DNA of 64,000 nt, from assembly GCA_043228905.1 (NCBI GenBank), contig JBHGNT010000011.1:19840001-19904000 (forward strand), in the 5' to 3' direction. This DNA comes from Azolla caroliniana (taxonomy: Eukaryota > Plantae > Polypodiophyta). The first letter of the stretch is position 1. Every line of letters begins with the position of its first letter. Made by a program: the position numbers and the translations under genes. A model generated the notes under the pieces. The model was given only the letters and a program-made list of their open reading frames with translations. It had not been told where the DNA came from and ran no database searches. Below, one piece after another: positions 37,941 through 49,803 of this stretch.

Positions 37941-40900
37941 TGTCGAATACTGTGTATAATGGACGTATTCACACTATCCCTTTGTATAGCTCAAGTTTGG
38001 GCCATTTGTGTAATTAGCATAAACGGGAGTTGCCCTAAGTCGGTCACTATATAAAGTGACCTTGTAACCTTTTTGTAAGGTTGGTTGTATTATTGTTCTC
38101 TATGAAATAGAAAGTCTTTTGTGTCTCTCTCTCTCTCTCTCTCCCATCTCTGTGCACGACCTAGAAACTGTCATACGCAGGTAATCATAAAGAATCGAAT
38201 GCTTCTTGATCTTCCGCATTGACGACCTTGTCTCCAACATCTGGTATCAGAGCCTGCACAGTATTCGGTCCTCCAACATCTGCTGACGGCCGTCGTCTCA
38301 GCCTGCACAACATTCGGTTTCTTGCGTCATTCGAAGAAGAGAGAAGAAGAAGAAAAACGAGGCTTGCATCTCATCGCGTTAGATCATCTTCGCTTGGAGT
38401 AAGCCAGCCGGTTGTACTCTGTTCCTTGTGATCGTAACCGCTCGAGGTGAAATCCCCTTGTGCAACATTGACACGATCGTGCTCCACTCGGTTAAACGGC
38501 ATCCGAAGAGGTCAACAAACGCTGCTCGCCGCTCATTGTAACCACTCGGTGCAGATCGGTCTCAAGACAACAACCCCAATTCGTGCTTCATCCGGCTGAT
38601 CGACATTTTGGAGGATCAGTTGGATCCGTCTCTCTCGTCGCTGCAGTCACCCGAAGCAGAATCGGTCCAGACAATCGGTTTCAATAATCGGTATTCGGCA
38701 TATATATCCGAAGCGAACCGGGCTCACTCCGACTCGGCAACATTCGGGAAGACCAGTCGGTTCTGTCCCTCAAGAATCCGGAGTCAATTCGAGCAAGTTC
38801 AACAACACATATATCCGAAGCCGAACCGACTCGGGTTCAAATCCGACTAGAACGATATCGGGTGAGCCAACCAGCTGCACTCCAACAAGGTTCGTAGTCA
38901 ACTCCGAACCGAGCTTCGTTAACCGAAACCAAATTTGATGGCATCAACATCCGGCTCGTCAGAAATGAGTCTACGAAAGTTCGATGGATCGAACTTCAAC
39001 TTCTGGAAGGAGCAAATGCAGGACTATCTCATAGTCAAGGGGCAAATCGATCCCATCGAAAATGAAGAACCTCCAGAAGGATACAAACCAATTGAGTGGC
39101 AGAAGCTGGACAAAATCGTCCGCGCCACGATTCGGATGCACCTATCGGAATCGGTATATTTTACGGTGCAATCGTGTACGACAGCATTCGAACTGTGGAA
39201 AACACTGTCGGACACTTACGAAAAGAAGGTCGCCGCAACGAAGATGTTTCTGATCCGGCGCCTCTACAACTTGCGGATGAAAGAATCCGATTCGGTTCAA
39301 GCACACCTTAATGAGTACGAAAGCATAAGCTCCCAAATCTCATCTCAGGGGACGGCAATTGAGGATGAACTCAGAGCAATGATACTCATGAGTAGCCTTC
39401 CCTCATCATGGGAAACTTTCGTCACAACCGTGTGCAACGCGTCAACCACGGCTGTCAAATACTCCGAAGTCACGAGCGCAATCCTGACCGAAGCAGCTCG
39501 GAGAAAGTCTTTCGCCAAAGACTCAACAGACGACGCTTATGTAGTACAAAGTTCGATAGACCGATCGAACATACGAGGAAGAGATTCCTCACGACCGCCG
39601 AACAATCAGCGAAGACGGAGCCAGTCACGGGATAACCGAATCTGCAACTACTGCAAGAAACCCGGACACATCAAAGCCGACTGCCGCGCACTCAAGAACA
39701 AGAACGACAAGTCTCAGAAATCAGACAAGAAGAGTGGCCGGCATGAGGAGATCAATTACGTCAGTTTCTCAGCTGATGTGCTACCAAACGACCCGAATAT
39801 ACTATCAATCGAAAATCCAGTCGGATCAGAAGTTCTGCTCACGACTGAAGAATCGAGCACATGGCTCTTAGATTCGGGTGCGTCATTTCACGTGACTCCT
39901 CATCGATCCCAATTTCGGCAATATACGATCCGTCACTCCGACTCAGTTCGAGTCGGCAACTCGCAACACTGCGACATCATTGGAATCGGCACAATAGAGC
40001 TCAACCTTGCAGGTGGCTCTACACTTGTACTTCACAATGTCCGACATGTACCCGAGCTCTCAAGGCCATTGATCTCAGTCGGACAACTAGATGAAGACGG
40101 CATTCGTGCCGGTTTCTCTTCGGGAGGGTGGACACTCCACAGGGGGAACCTCCTGCTTGCTAGAGGACCCAAGATACACTCACTGTATCCGTTACATGTT
40201 ACGCTCAGAGAGGGTAACCTGTTTTTGGTGGATATTCCTGTGTCATCACTATGGCACAGAAGACTAGGACACCTCAGCAAGGCCGGCATTACGCACCTAT
40301 CTAGAGCCGGATACATCCCTAAACTCTCCTTCTCGGACCATCAATTCTGCGAGCATTGCCAGTATGGCAAACAAGCAGCCGCATCACACCCGACATCAGC
40401 ACCAAGAGAAACGAGACCTCTCGATTTGGTCCACTCGGACGTCTGTGGCCCAATGCCGCATCAGTCTCTCGGCGGTGCCTCTTACTTCGTCAGTTTTATT
40501 GACGATTCGACTCGAAAGGTGTGGGCTTATCCAATTCGCACCAAAGATCGTGTCTTCTCGATCTTCTCCGATTGGCTCGCTATAGTGGAAAATCAAACTG
40601 ACCGAAAACTGAAATGCTTTCGGACCGACAATGGGGGAGAGTTCAAATCCGAAGAATTCGTCAAATTCTGCCGACAACGCGGCATCCGACGTGAATTTAC
40701 GGCACCACACAGTCCGGAGCAAAACGGGATTGCAGAACGAATGAATCGGACAATCCAAGAACGGATAGTTTCCATGCTCCAACACTCCGGACTGTCGGAT
40801 GGCTTCTGGGTAGAGGCTCTACTCACGGCAGTACACATAATCAATATGTCGCCAAGTAGACCTCTAGGACTTCAAATTCCTCAGGAACTATGGATCGGCA

Positions 40901-43462
40901 GTAAACCGAATTACGACAAGCTGAGGATCTTCGGATGCGAGGCGTACGCCCTTATTCCGAAAGATGATCGCCGAAAACTTGCACCTCGGTCCAGGAAATG
41001 CATTTTCCTTGGATATGGATCAGACGGCGAAATGGGATACCGACTCTGGGACCCCGAACGCAGACAAATCGTTCGAAGTTCGGACGTTGTGTTCAACGAG
41101 TCGGCTATGACTCCATCAGTCGAAACACCGACCGAAGTCCGAAGGGTAACATTTTCCGATGTGCCGACCCTTCAAGAAGGCCCCGCTCTTAACACACGGT
41201 CAGCTTCACGGGTAGCTGAACCTTACACTCCCGACTCGGACAGCTCCGACTCGGCACAACCGAATGATTCGCTTTCGGACCATCCGACCTCGATACCCGA
41301 TGCGACCAGTCCAATCATACCTCGACGATCCGAGAGACTGTCGCAACCTCCGGAGAGGTATTCTCCTGGAATTTTCTTCACCGACGCCGGCGAACCGACG
41401 TCTTACGAAGAAGCATCGACATCTGTCGATTCAGCCACCTGGCATCTGGCGATGGAGTCGGAAATGCACTCCATTCGGGCAAACAAGACTTGGGATCTGG
41501 TCGAACTACCTAAGAATCGACGTGCTCTTCCTTGCAAGTGGGTTTATCGACTAAAAGAGACGTCTGATTCGACCACCCCAAAGTACAAGGCCAGATTAGT
41601 TGCGAAGGGCTTCCGACAAGAATATGGCGTCGACTTCGACGAAATTTTTTCACCAGTGGTGAAAATGACAACCCTTCATTTTCTACTCGGCGTAGTGGCA
41701 GCCGACAACTTGGAGCTGATTCAGCTAGATGTCAAAACCGCCTTCCTCCATGGTAATCTTGAAGAGGAAATTTATATGGAGCAGCCAAAAGGCTTCGTGG
41801 CAACTGGCCAAGAACATCTAGTCTGCCGACTCAGGAAGAGTCTGTACGGCCTCAAACAGGCACCGCGACAATGGTACAAGAAGTTCGACGACTTCATCCA
41901 ATCGATCGGCTTCTCAAAAAGCGATGAGGACCATTGCCTTTTTACCAACACAGCTCCAGATGGATCACCCATCTTCCTCATCATTTACGTGGACGACATG
42001 CTAATTTCTGGACGCCACGCGGGCGAACTTGCCGATCTCATTCGGCAACTGCGGTTGAAGTTTGCCATGAAGGACCTCGGTCCGGCACGACACATCCTTG
42101 GCATGAAGATTAGTCGGCATCGCGATAAACGACATCTTTTTTTGTCTCAGACCGACTATATCGGACGTGTCTTGGAACGCTTCAACATGCAATCAGCCAA
42201 ATCTGCTTCAACCCCGCTCCCCATGAATCTTCGGCTCTCTCAGCGAGACTGCCCGACATCCGGCTCGGAGGGGGAAGATATGAAGTCGGTACCGTATGCA
42301 CCGGCAGTCGGCTCCCTTATGTACCTGATGGTCGCGACACGGCCTGATATTTCTCATGCCGTAGGAGTCGTTAGCAGATTTATGCACAATCCTGGCCGAT
42401 CGCATTGGAACGCAGTCAAGCATGTGTTCAGATATCTGGCTGGCACAAAAGACCACGACATTCTTTTCGGTCCGAACCGAACCTCAGGTGTAGTCGGTTA
42501 CACCGACTCGGACTTCGCCGGCTGTATAGACAGTCGGAAATCAACAACCGGATACTGCTTCAAATTCGGCAATGGAGCAATCTCGTGGAAGTCGAAACTT
42601 CAGGAGTGCACAGCGACCTCAACGACCGAAGCAGAATATGTAGCTGCGTCTGACGCTGCAAAAGAAGCTTTGTGGCTCGGCCGGCTGGCGCACACGTTTC
42701 GGCAAGTCGACCATGACTCGGCTCCAGTTGTCTACAGCGACAGTCAAGGTGCCGTTGCCTTGTCGAAAAATCCGGTTCATCACAACGCCTCCAAACATAT
42801 CGACGTTCGATATCACTTCGTTCGGGACTGCGTCATTTCAGGGAAAATTGGTCTAGAGAAAATATCCACAACCGACAATGTCGCAGATGGAATGACCAAG
42901 TGTCTTTCGGCAGACTGCTTTCGGTCCCTTCGGCATCAGATGGGCGTAACGACAAACCAGTCCGGTTAGAGCCGGACACAGCGCAGGATGGTTTCGGACA
43001 ACCGACATCAGTTCCTTAATGATCGGCTTCAACTCTTCCGACCCGACCAGTTCGGTCTTCTGCCTTCGGACCCTGCCGACTCGAACAAAAACTGATATGT
43101 CCGAGAACCTAGGTTTATACCTGTAATCTTAGATAACCCATGTATACGCCCATTACGGGGGAGTGTCGAATACTGTGTATAATGGACGTATTCACACTAT
43201 CCCTTTGTATAGCTCAAGTTTGGGCCATTTGTGTAATTAGCATAAACGGGAGTTGCCCTAAGTCGGTCACTATATAAAGTGACCTTGTAACCTTTTTGTA
43301 AGGTTGGTTGTATTATTGTTCTCTATGAAATAGAAAGTCTTTTGTGTCTCTCTCTCTCTCTCTCTCCCATCTCTGTGCACGACCTAGAAACTGTCATACG
43401 CAGGTAATCAGAAAGAATCGAATGCTTCTTGATCTTCCGCATTGACGACCTTGTCTCCAACA
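37941..43462 (+). mobile_element. Full-length intact Ty1/copia LTR retrotransposon (Tnt1/Tork-like)
   Basis: 299-bp LTRs 37941-38239 and 43164-43462 with one mismatch seen. Perfect TSD CAATG. PBS TGGTATCAGAGCC (38242-38254). PPT ACGGGGGAG before 43164. Confidence 0.98.
38938..42969 (+). CDS. Copia Gag-Pol polyprotein, uninterrupted
   Basis: CNYCKKPGHIKADC knuckle, protease WLLDSGASFH, integrase WHRRLGH/CEHC/HSDVCGP/TDNGGEF/GIAERMNRT, RT DVKTAFL/YVDDML, RNase H YTDSD/TTEAEY/SDSQGA/NVADGMTK. First ATG at 38938. Confidence 0.97.
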   Translation: MASTSGSSEMSLRKFDGSNFNFWKEQMQDYLIVKGQIDPIENEEPPEGYKPIEWQKLDKIVRATIRMHLSESVYFTVQSCTTAFELWKTLSDTYEKKVAATKMFLIRRLYNLRMKESDSVQAHLNEYESISSQISSQGTAIEDELRAMILMSSLPSSWETFVTTVCNASTTAVKYSEVTSAILTEAARRKSFAKDSTDDAYVVQSSIDRSNIRGRDSSRPPNNQRRRSQSRDNRICNYCKKPGHIKADCRALKNKNDKSQKSDKKSGRHEEINYVSFSADVLPNDPNILSIENPVGSEVLLTTEESSTWLLDSGASFHVTPHRSQFRQYTIRHSDSVRVGNSQHCDIIGIGTIELNLAGGSTLVLHNVRHVPELSRPLISVGQLDEDGIRAGFSSGGWTLHRGNLLLARGPKIHSLYPLHVTLREGNLFLVDIPVSSLWHRRLGHLSKAGITHLSRAGYIPKLSFSDHQFCEHCQYGKQAAASHPTSAPRETRPLDLVHSDVCGPMPHQSLGGASYFVSFIDDSTRKVWAYPIRTKDRVFSIFSDWLAIVENQTDRKLKCFRTDNGGEFKSEEFVKFCRQRGIRREFTAPHSPEQNGIAERMNRTIQERIVSMLQHSGLSDGFWVEALLTAVHIINMSPSRPLGLQIPQELWIGSKPNYDKLRIFGCEAYALIPKDDRRKLAPRSRKCIFLGYGSDGEMGYRLWDPERRQIVRSSDVVFNESAMTPSVETPTEVRRVTFSDVPTLQEGPALNTRSASRVAEPYTPDSDSSDSAQPNDSLSDHPTSIPDATSPIIPRRSERLSQPPERYSPGIFFTDAGEPTSYEEASTSVDSATWHLAMESEMHSIRANKTWDLVELPKNRRALPCKWVYRLKETSDSTTPKYKARLVAKGFRQEYGVDFDEIFSPVVKMTTLHFLLGVVAADNLELIQLDVKTAFLHGNLEEEIYMEQPKGFVATGQEHLVCRLRKSLYGLKQAPRQWYKKFDDFIQSIGFSKSDEDHCLFTNTAPDGSPIFLIIYVDDMLISGRHAGELADLIRQLRLKFAMKDLGPARHILGMKISRHRDKRHLFLSQTDYIGRVLERFNMQSAKSASTPLPMNLRLSQRDCPTSGSEGEDMKSVPYAPAVGSLMYLMVATRPDISHAVGVVSRFMHNPGRSHWNAVKHVFRYLAGTKDHDILFGPNRTSGVVGYTDSDFAGCIDSRKSTTGYCFKFGNGAISWKSKLQECTATSTTEAEYVAASDAAKEALWLGRLAHTFRQVDHDSAPVVYSDSQGAVALSKNPVHHNASKHIDVRYHFVRDCVISGKIGLEKISTTDNVADGMTKCLSADCFRSLRHQMGVTTNQSG

Positions 43463-44092
43463 CAATGCTCCTTTCCAGGATTACTCATGTATCGACTGAC
43501 TCTCCCAATAGCAAAAGCAATGTGTGGCCCAATGTAGACCATAACATACATTAGGCTCTCAACAACCAAGGCATATGACACCCCTCTCATCTCAACCTTA
43601 TCTTTCTCAGTTTTCAGACATTGACCTGAATTTAGCTTACAGTTCAACGGCAATGGAGATCCAACATATTTTGCATTGTATATGTTAAACCTTTGCAAAA
43701 CGTTCGTCACATATTTCTCTTGTGACTGCCATAGCATGTTTTTAGTTCTGTCCTGGACTATATGCATTCCCAAAATCTATTTTGCCAGTCCTAAATCCTT
43801 CATATCAAAGGATTTGCTTAAAGCTTTCTTCAAAATCACAATTTTCTTTGCATTCTATCCAACAACTAACATATCATCTACATACAACAAGAGAATCAGA
43901 AAATCACCTTCTGAATCATCATACCTTTTCACAAATACACAATGATCGGTTTGTGTTTTGTGGAACCCATGATTCAACATGAAGGATTTAAATTTTTATG
44001 CCATTGTCGAGGAGCTTGCTCCAACCCTGGGCCATACAAGCTCTTTCCCAATCTACATACAAGATTCTCTATTCCTTTCACCTTAAAGCCCT

Positions 44093-44522
44093 TGTTGAGA
44101 TATTAAGCTCAACTAGATTTAGCTAGTTAGTCAACACGCGTAACTTAGTAGTTACCTAGATAGAATCTAGTTAGTGTGTTGACCTTAAAGCCTTTAATAG
44201 GATTTTGTACTTGATTGGGATACATTGTAGATCCTCCACTCCCATGTTCATTTAATATAGGACTTACAACATTGTAATTGTATTCTACTCACACATCTGT
44301 ACCTTTGCACATGAGATGTGTACCTCGTTGTGGGTATTTTTGTATTTGATGATGTTTTTTAATATATACACTCTTGTTAATCATCCCCCATTTATATTAT
44401 TGTTCGTAAGTGTAACTCTTCCTCTCACACACATACGCACACATATCACATAATCTTCCGCTGCTTAACTACTCACATAATTAGTCCCTACTTAACCCTA
44501 GTTAATTACCTAACTATTAACA
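44093..44522. mobile_element. Solo LTR (430 bp) inserted in the host copia RT
   Basis: TGTTGAG...ATTAACA termini and TSD GCCCT/ACCCT. The host reads EG|FKVKG across the site. Confidence 0.8.
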
Positions 44523-47500
44523 ACCCTCCAGCTATTGCAACTGTTTTTATATCCAACTCACCATGCAAAAATGTTGTTTTTATATCCAACTGTTCAATCT
44601 CCAGATTCATATTGGCAGCCATGCTCAAAACAGTTTAGATGGAAGTCATCTTCACAACTGGAGCAAATATCTCATCAATATCAACACCCTTTTTTTGTTG
44701 AAAACCCTTCACCGCAATACAGGCCTTATACCTAGGTCTACTTCTGTATTATCCAGTCTTTAGTTTGTGGACCCATTTGTTTCTAAGTGCCTTCTTTCCC
44801 TCATGCAAGGAATCCATTTCCTCTTGCAGGGCACTATACCAATTCTCGTTGTGTACATCTATCATGGCTTCTTCATAGTATTCTAATTCACCTTCATCAG
44901 TCCAGAGAACATATTGATTGGCTGGATATCGAGAGGAGGCCTTCCTTTGCCTTAGTGGTATCTTCTTCCTTCATCAACTAGCTTAGATTTAGTTTCATCT
45001 GCTAGATCATCTTCCGACTCAGATTCATGTGCATCAGCTTGATGTTGTGTGCAAGTCGGCTTAGATTCGGCTTCATTGGCCGACTGGCTGTGTAGAACTG
45101 AAGTCAGCTAGTATTTGATCCATAGTGGTATTATTTGATTGGGAAAACAACATTAATTTCTGTTGTTTTTAGTCTTCAATCGTCTTGTCTTCCATGAATA
45201 CAATATCATGGCTCCTTACTACCTTTTTATCAAGGAGATCCTACAACATGTACCCGAACTCATCTTCCGAGTACCCCAAGAATATGCAAGGCTTGGACTT
45301 GCTATCCAACTTTGACCTCTAATCTTTTGCAACATGCATATAAGCTAAGCATCCGAAAACCCTTAAGTGTTGGTAAGAGAAATTTCTTCCTATCCACACC
45401 CTCTGTGGGGAAATCACCCTTTAGAGGCACTGAGGGGGACCTGTTTATAAGGTAAACAACTGTCAACATTGTCTCAGCCCAATACGATTTCGGCAATTTT
45501 GCATGTGACAACATGCTTCTTACCCTTTCCATTATGGTCCAATTCATTCTCTTTGCTAGACCATTCAGCTCAGGTGTCTTCGGCACTATATGCTCAAGTT
45601 TGATGCCTTGGGTCTTGCAATTTATATTTCAATTTGGCCTCTATACTTTCCACCATTATCTGTTCGGACAACTTTCAACTTCTGTTCAGATTCTCTTTCT
45701 GCCCTCGCATGAAACTCTTTAAAGACCAACAACACTTGGTCTTTAGAATTCAACAAGAAAGCCCACAACTTTCTGCTAAAGTCATCAATAAATGTCACTG
45801 ACAAAATATTGTCCACCACGATGTGATGGCACATCCACATAGCACACATCTGTGTGGACCAATTCTAGGGCATGTTCTCTTCTCATCGGAGGCCTTGAGT
45901 GAAAGGCAGCTCTGTTCTGCTTTCCAGTCAAGCAGTCCTCACATTTTTGAAGATGTATTCCTTTCACTTCTAGGAGGAGATTCTTTTCAACAAGGATACA
46001 CATTCCTCTTTTCCTCATGTGACAGAGCCTTTTATGCCACAACTCACCATCTTAGTCGGCCGCCACATTTGCTTCATCTCGGCACAACCTTGCATGCATT
46101 ACACATAATGTGTTCTATTTTTGTGCTCGAGCCAGAATAAGACTTCCCTTACTAAACTTCCATGCGCCATTATGAAAGCTACCACTACAGCCTTCATCGT
46201 CAAGCCGTCCAGCCGATATCATGTTCAATCGGACATCCAGAACATGGTGTACATCCTTAAACATTAACCTGCAACCAGTAGATGTAAACAAGCACACATT
46301 TCCTATGCCGACAATCTTGTAGTCACCACTGTTTCCCACCCTTACGTAGCCATAGTCACCGACTGTGTAAGATGAGAAACATTCTCTTTTGGGAGTTAGG
46401 TGAAATGATGCACCATAATCAACTACCCAATAACATCTCTTCCTCAGTGGTTGCAATGGCTGAGGTGTTTTTATCATCAGGAATTTTTCTGGGTTCAACA
46501 TCATCAGTCATGGCTTTGTCCTTCCTAAGGTGTCGATAGTTCTTTTGGAAATGAACAAGTTTTCTACAATAGAAACATGTGGGTCTTCCTCTAGACTTTG
46601 ACCTAGGATAAGACTTGTGTCTATTTTCAGGATTTCTGTGTTTGGTTCTTCCTCTACCAAGGTTTTGTGCCACATTCGCTTCCGATTGAGACAAGGCGCT
46701 TTTATCCTTTCTTCTTGTCTCTTCATTTGGAATGCTTGTCTTCACTACTTGTAAAGACAAATTCTCTTCTTTACAAGAGGCACTAGGTGACACTACTAGG
46801 TTCTCCCAAATGTTCGGTAGAATACATACTAGTAATAGGGCCTGCATGGCATCACCTAATGGGAACTTCACTGATGCTAGTTGATTTACTAGTCCCATGA
46901 AAGTATTGATGTGCACCACAATGCTATCACCATATGTGTACTTTAGTTTCACTATTTTCTCATTAGGGAAGTTTTGTTTCTAGGGCGTTTTTCACAAGGC
47001 AAAGAGTTTATGCCACAACTCATAGGAATTTGTATCGCTTGCTACATGTTGTAGGATGCTTATGTCTACACATTGTCTTATGGTTGCCACAACCTTTCTG
47101 TTTAGGGTTTTCCACTCAGACTCTATTACCCATGTTGGTATATCCTTCCTACCTATCGGCTCATACATGTCTTTAACTATTAGAATATCCTCATCCTTGA
47201 TCTTCCGGTCAGCATAATTGTGGGAGTTTAAGACTATCATCCCTAGAAATCCACGCATACTTCCTTCCATCTAAGACCTAGTGCTCTGATACCAAATTGA
47301 TAAATTTTGGAGTCGGAGATAAACCAGAAAAGATTGATTTTCAGACACAAGCACAAATGAGTATACCGTTGTTGTCTGGAACTACCTCTTTCGAGGTTCT
47401 CAGAACTTCTCAGCTCTACCTCTCTTTCTTTTCTTCCTCTCACGCTCAACCACAACACTGTGTCTCTTCCGTCTCCCCCATCATCAAGAGGGACAAGCTT

Positions 47501-49803
47501 CCATAACATAAAGATGGAGTCTTGGTCAACCATGCTTTATTACAAATTATCCAATTGTCAATCAATTGGTTACTCTACGAATTATTATGGAAGAAAGTTG
47601 ACTTATTCACGGGAAAACAATATATCTTTCTTGGCCGCCTCAATTACACGCAATCGCAGTTCTAATACCACTATTTGAGGAAGGATGAAGCAACTGAACA
47701 ACTATTTTTTGAGCTACAGAAAAACGCGCACATCAGAAACACAAACACATAGAACACAGACACACAAAAGTAGTTTTGGCGGCATTAACCCCTCTCATCA
47801 AAATTTTGGTCTATCTATATATACAAACCATTTTGGAGGATATTATGTTTTAAAAAATTGGATCCTAGCGTTAGATTTGGGTAAATCCAAATTATAAATA
47901 GTAATTTCCTACTTTGTTGAGAGTGCACACACAGTCAATGAGAGGCATCGAGAAATTGATTCTTTGCATCAAAATAATTTTAGTTCATTGATAATTTGTG
48001 AGGTTTAAAAATTTGATCATAGTGTCTAGTTTGGGTTCCCAAATGAAATAATGATATTCTATTTGTTGAGTGTGAACGAACGTTCAACATACACATGAGT
48101 CATGAGTCATGACCGATCGCTAAAATTTGACTGGTCACACAACTTCAATTGACTGTCAATACTACAGATTCATGCCACATCCATGGACCATAACTTTGTT
48201 GAGTTTAATAATCATAAATAAATTCTTGGAGGCATAACAACGCATTTTTTGTAATGTGGAGCATTGGCACAACAATGTGCTATTATTATATTTTAGTCAT
48301 CTTTTCACTATTGGTAGACAATAATTTAATCCATATTTATTATTGTCACTTAGTCATTTAAAGTAATTTAGTTTTTTATTCATATTGTTTAATTGAATTT
48401 ATGTGCCTTTTTATCATCAAGCACTATTCTTGCCATCAATATGATTTCATTTCATTTATATGCATCGACAAGCAATATTAACCACATTTATCATGAAGCA
48501 CTTCTTATGCCATCAATCCATTTATATAAAAGAAAGCCTTTCATTCTTTTGTACATCGATTGTTGTTCTATTGACCAAAATATCATGGAGCACTATTCAA
48601 AACCTATATCTCAAAGACATTTTTATGGTAAAAACGTTAAGGGATTCTGTTTTTCTGAAGGGAACACTATATGTTTCCTGCCAATTAAATTGAAGGAGTT
48701 ACATGTAGACATCTCATGATATCTAGTAAGAGCCTATCTTAAATATGTCCATAGTGCACCATACCATTGACACACATTTGATCATTGCACGACACTTTGT
48801 ACTACAAAAAATGTGGTAATTTTGCAAACACACATTCTTCCAACATATAACTTTGAGAGACAACATGAGATGCTCTCTCAATCATTGGATCATATATGCT
48901 TGTGATATAGAATGTATAATGTATATCTATCTATATAAATATATTATTAGATATTAGCCACCAACATTTGATCATCTTCAATTGAGTTGGATGCATATCA
49001 ATCTCTTGTGTCAAAAGTTACACGAGGTTCACAAGAAATCATGAGAATTATTCAATGACGTTGTCAATTTCCATCATTTCAATCATGAATTATAATTCGT
49101 CCCTTTAGTTCACAATGTTAATAATTATCATGAATTATGAAGGGGACGAAATTGGGGTCTTCATAGAACACGAAGTATTGAAAATGACAACTAAATTAAA
49201 ATAAGGATATGAGTAAAGAAGTATAATAAGAATGGCATAAGTAATTGATGGAATGATAAAACCGAATGAATGAAGTCAACTGTAACCAAAAGCCACAAGA
49301 CCTTAGTTTAATCAAAAAGCAAGATTGCAAAATTAACGGATCTCAGTTTGTAGCAATGGCAAATGAATCTATGTAACCACAGATAAAGTGGATTTTTGGG
49401 ACCCCCAAGTAATATATGTAATGTCACATGCCGTCTTACCCAAAAGCTATGAAAGAATAGAAGTGCATGCACGTGCTTGGTTTCATGACCACATTACTCA
49501 AGTAAGTTCGTGCGGGGGTTCCCGGTCAATGGTAGGTAGTAAGATCGGTTAGCTATCTTAGCATACATGTTCCAACTTGGGCTGGGGGAGCATTATGTAT
49601 GTGTATACATGTTGGGTTTGGGGGCTCATTCACCTTCTTTTTGTCTTGCCCCAACAACAATAACAACAACATCATCATCATCATCAAGAAGAAGAAGAAG
49701 AAGAATAAGAAGAAGAAGGACAAGTATCTTAGCCTTGTGGGGGTCATCAGGAACTCAGTAGATCTCTCACTCAAGTTTCCTTGTGGGAAGAGGAGGAGAA
49801 GGT

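Larger units (their letters stand above)
30574..47508 (-). mobile_element. Old Ty1/copia (Tork-like) element hosting four nested insertions
   Basis: 3' LTR 30574-31609 with PPT at 31611-31623. Deleted 5' LTR 47298-47508 sharing both termini. PBS TGGTATCAGAGC at 47283-47294. gag 47270-46500, protease WVVDYGASFHLT, integrase, RT 44900-43470. The RT/RNase H reading rejoins across the insertions (RYL..MCLRYG | GKPMLEGFTD). Flanks TTAAA/TAAAG are only a partial TSD. Confidence 0.85.

Noticed and set aside
49470-49475. G-box CACGTG (and nearby W-box cores) upstream of alpha-DOX
   Set aside because: Plausible for a defence gene, but hexamers occur by chance and no support is available from sequence alone.
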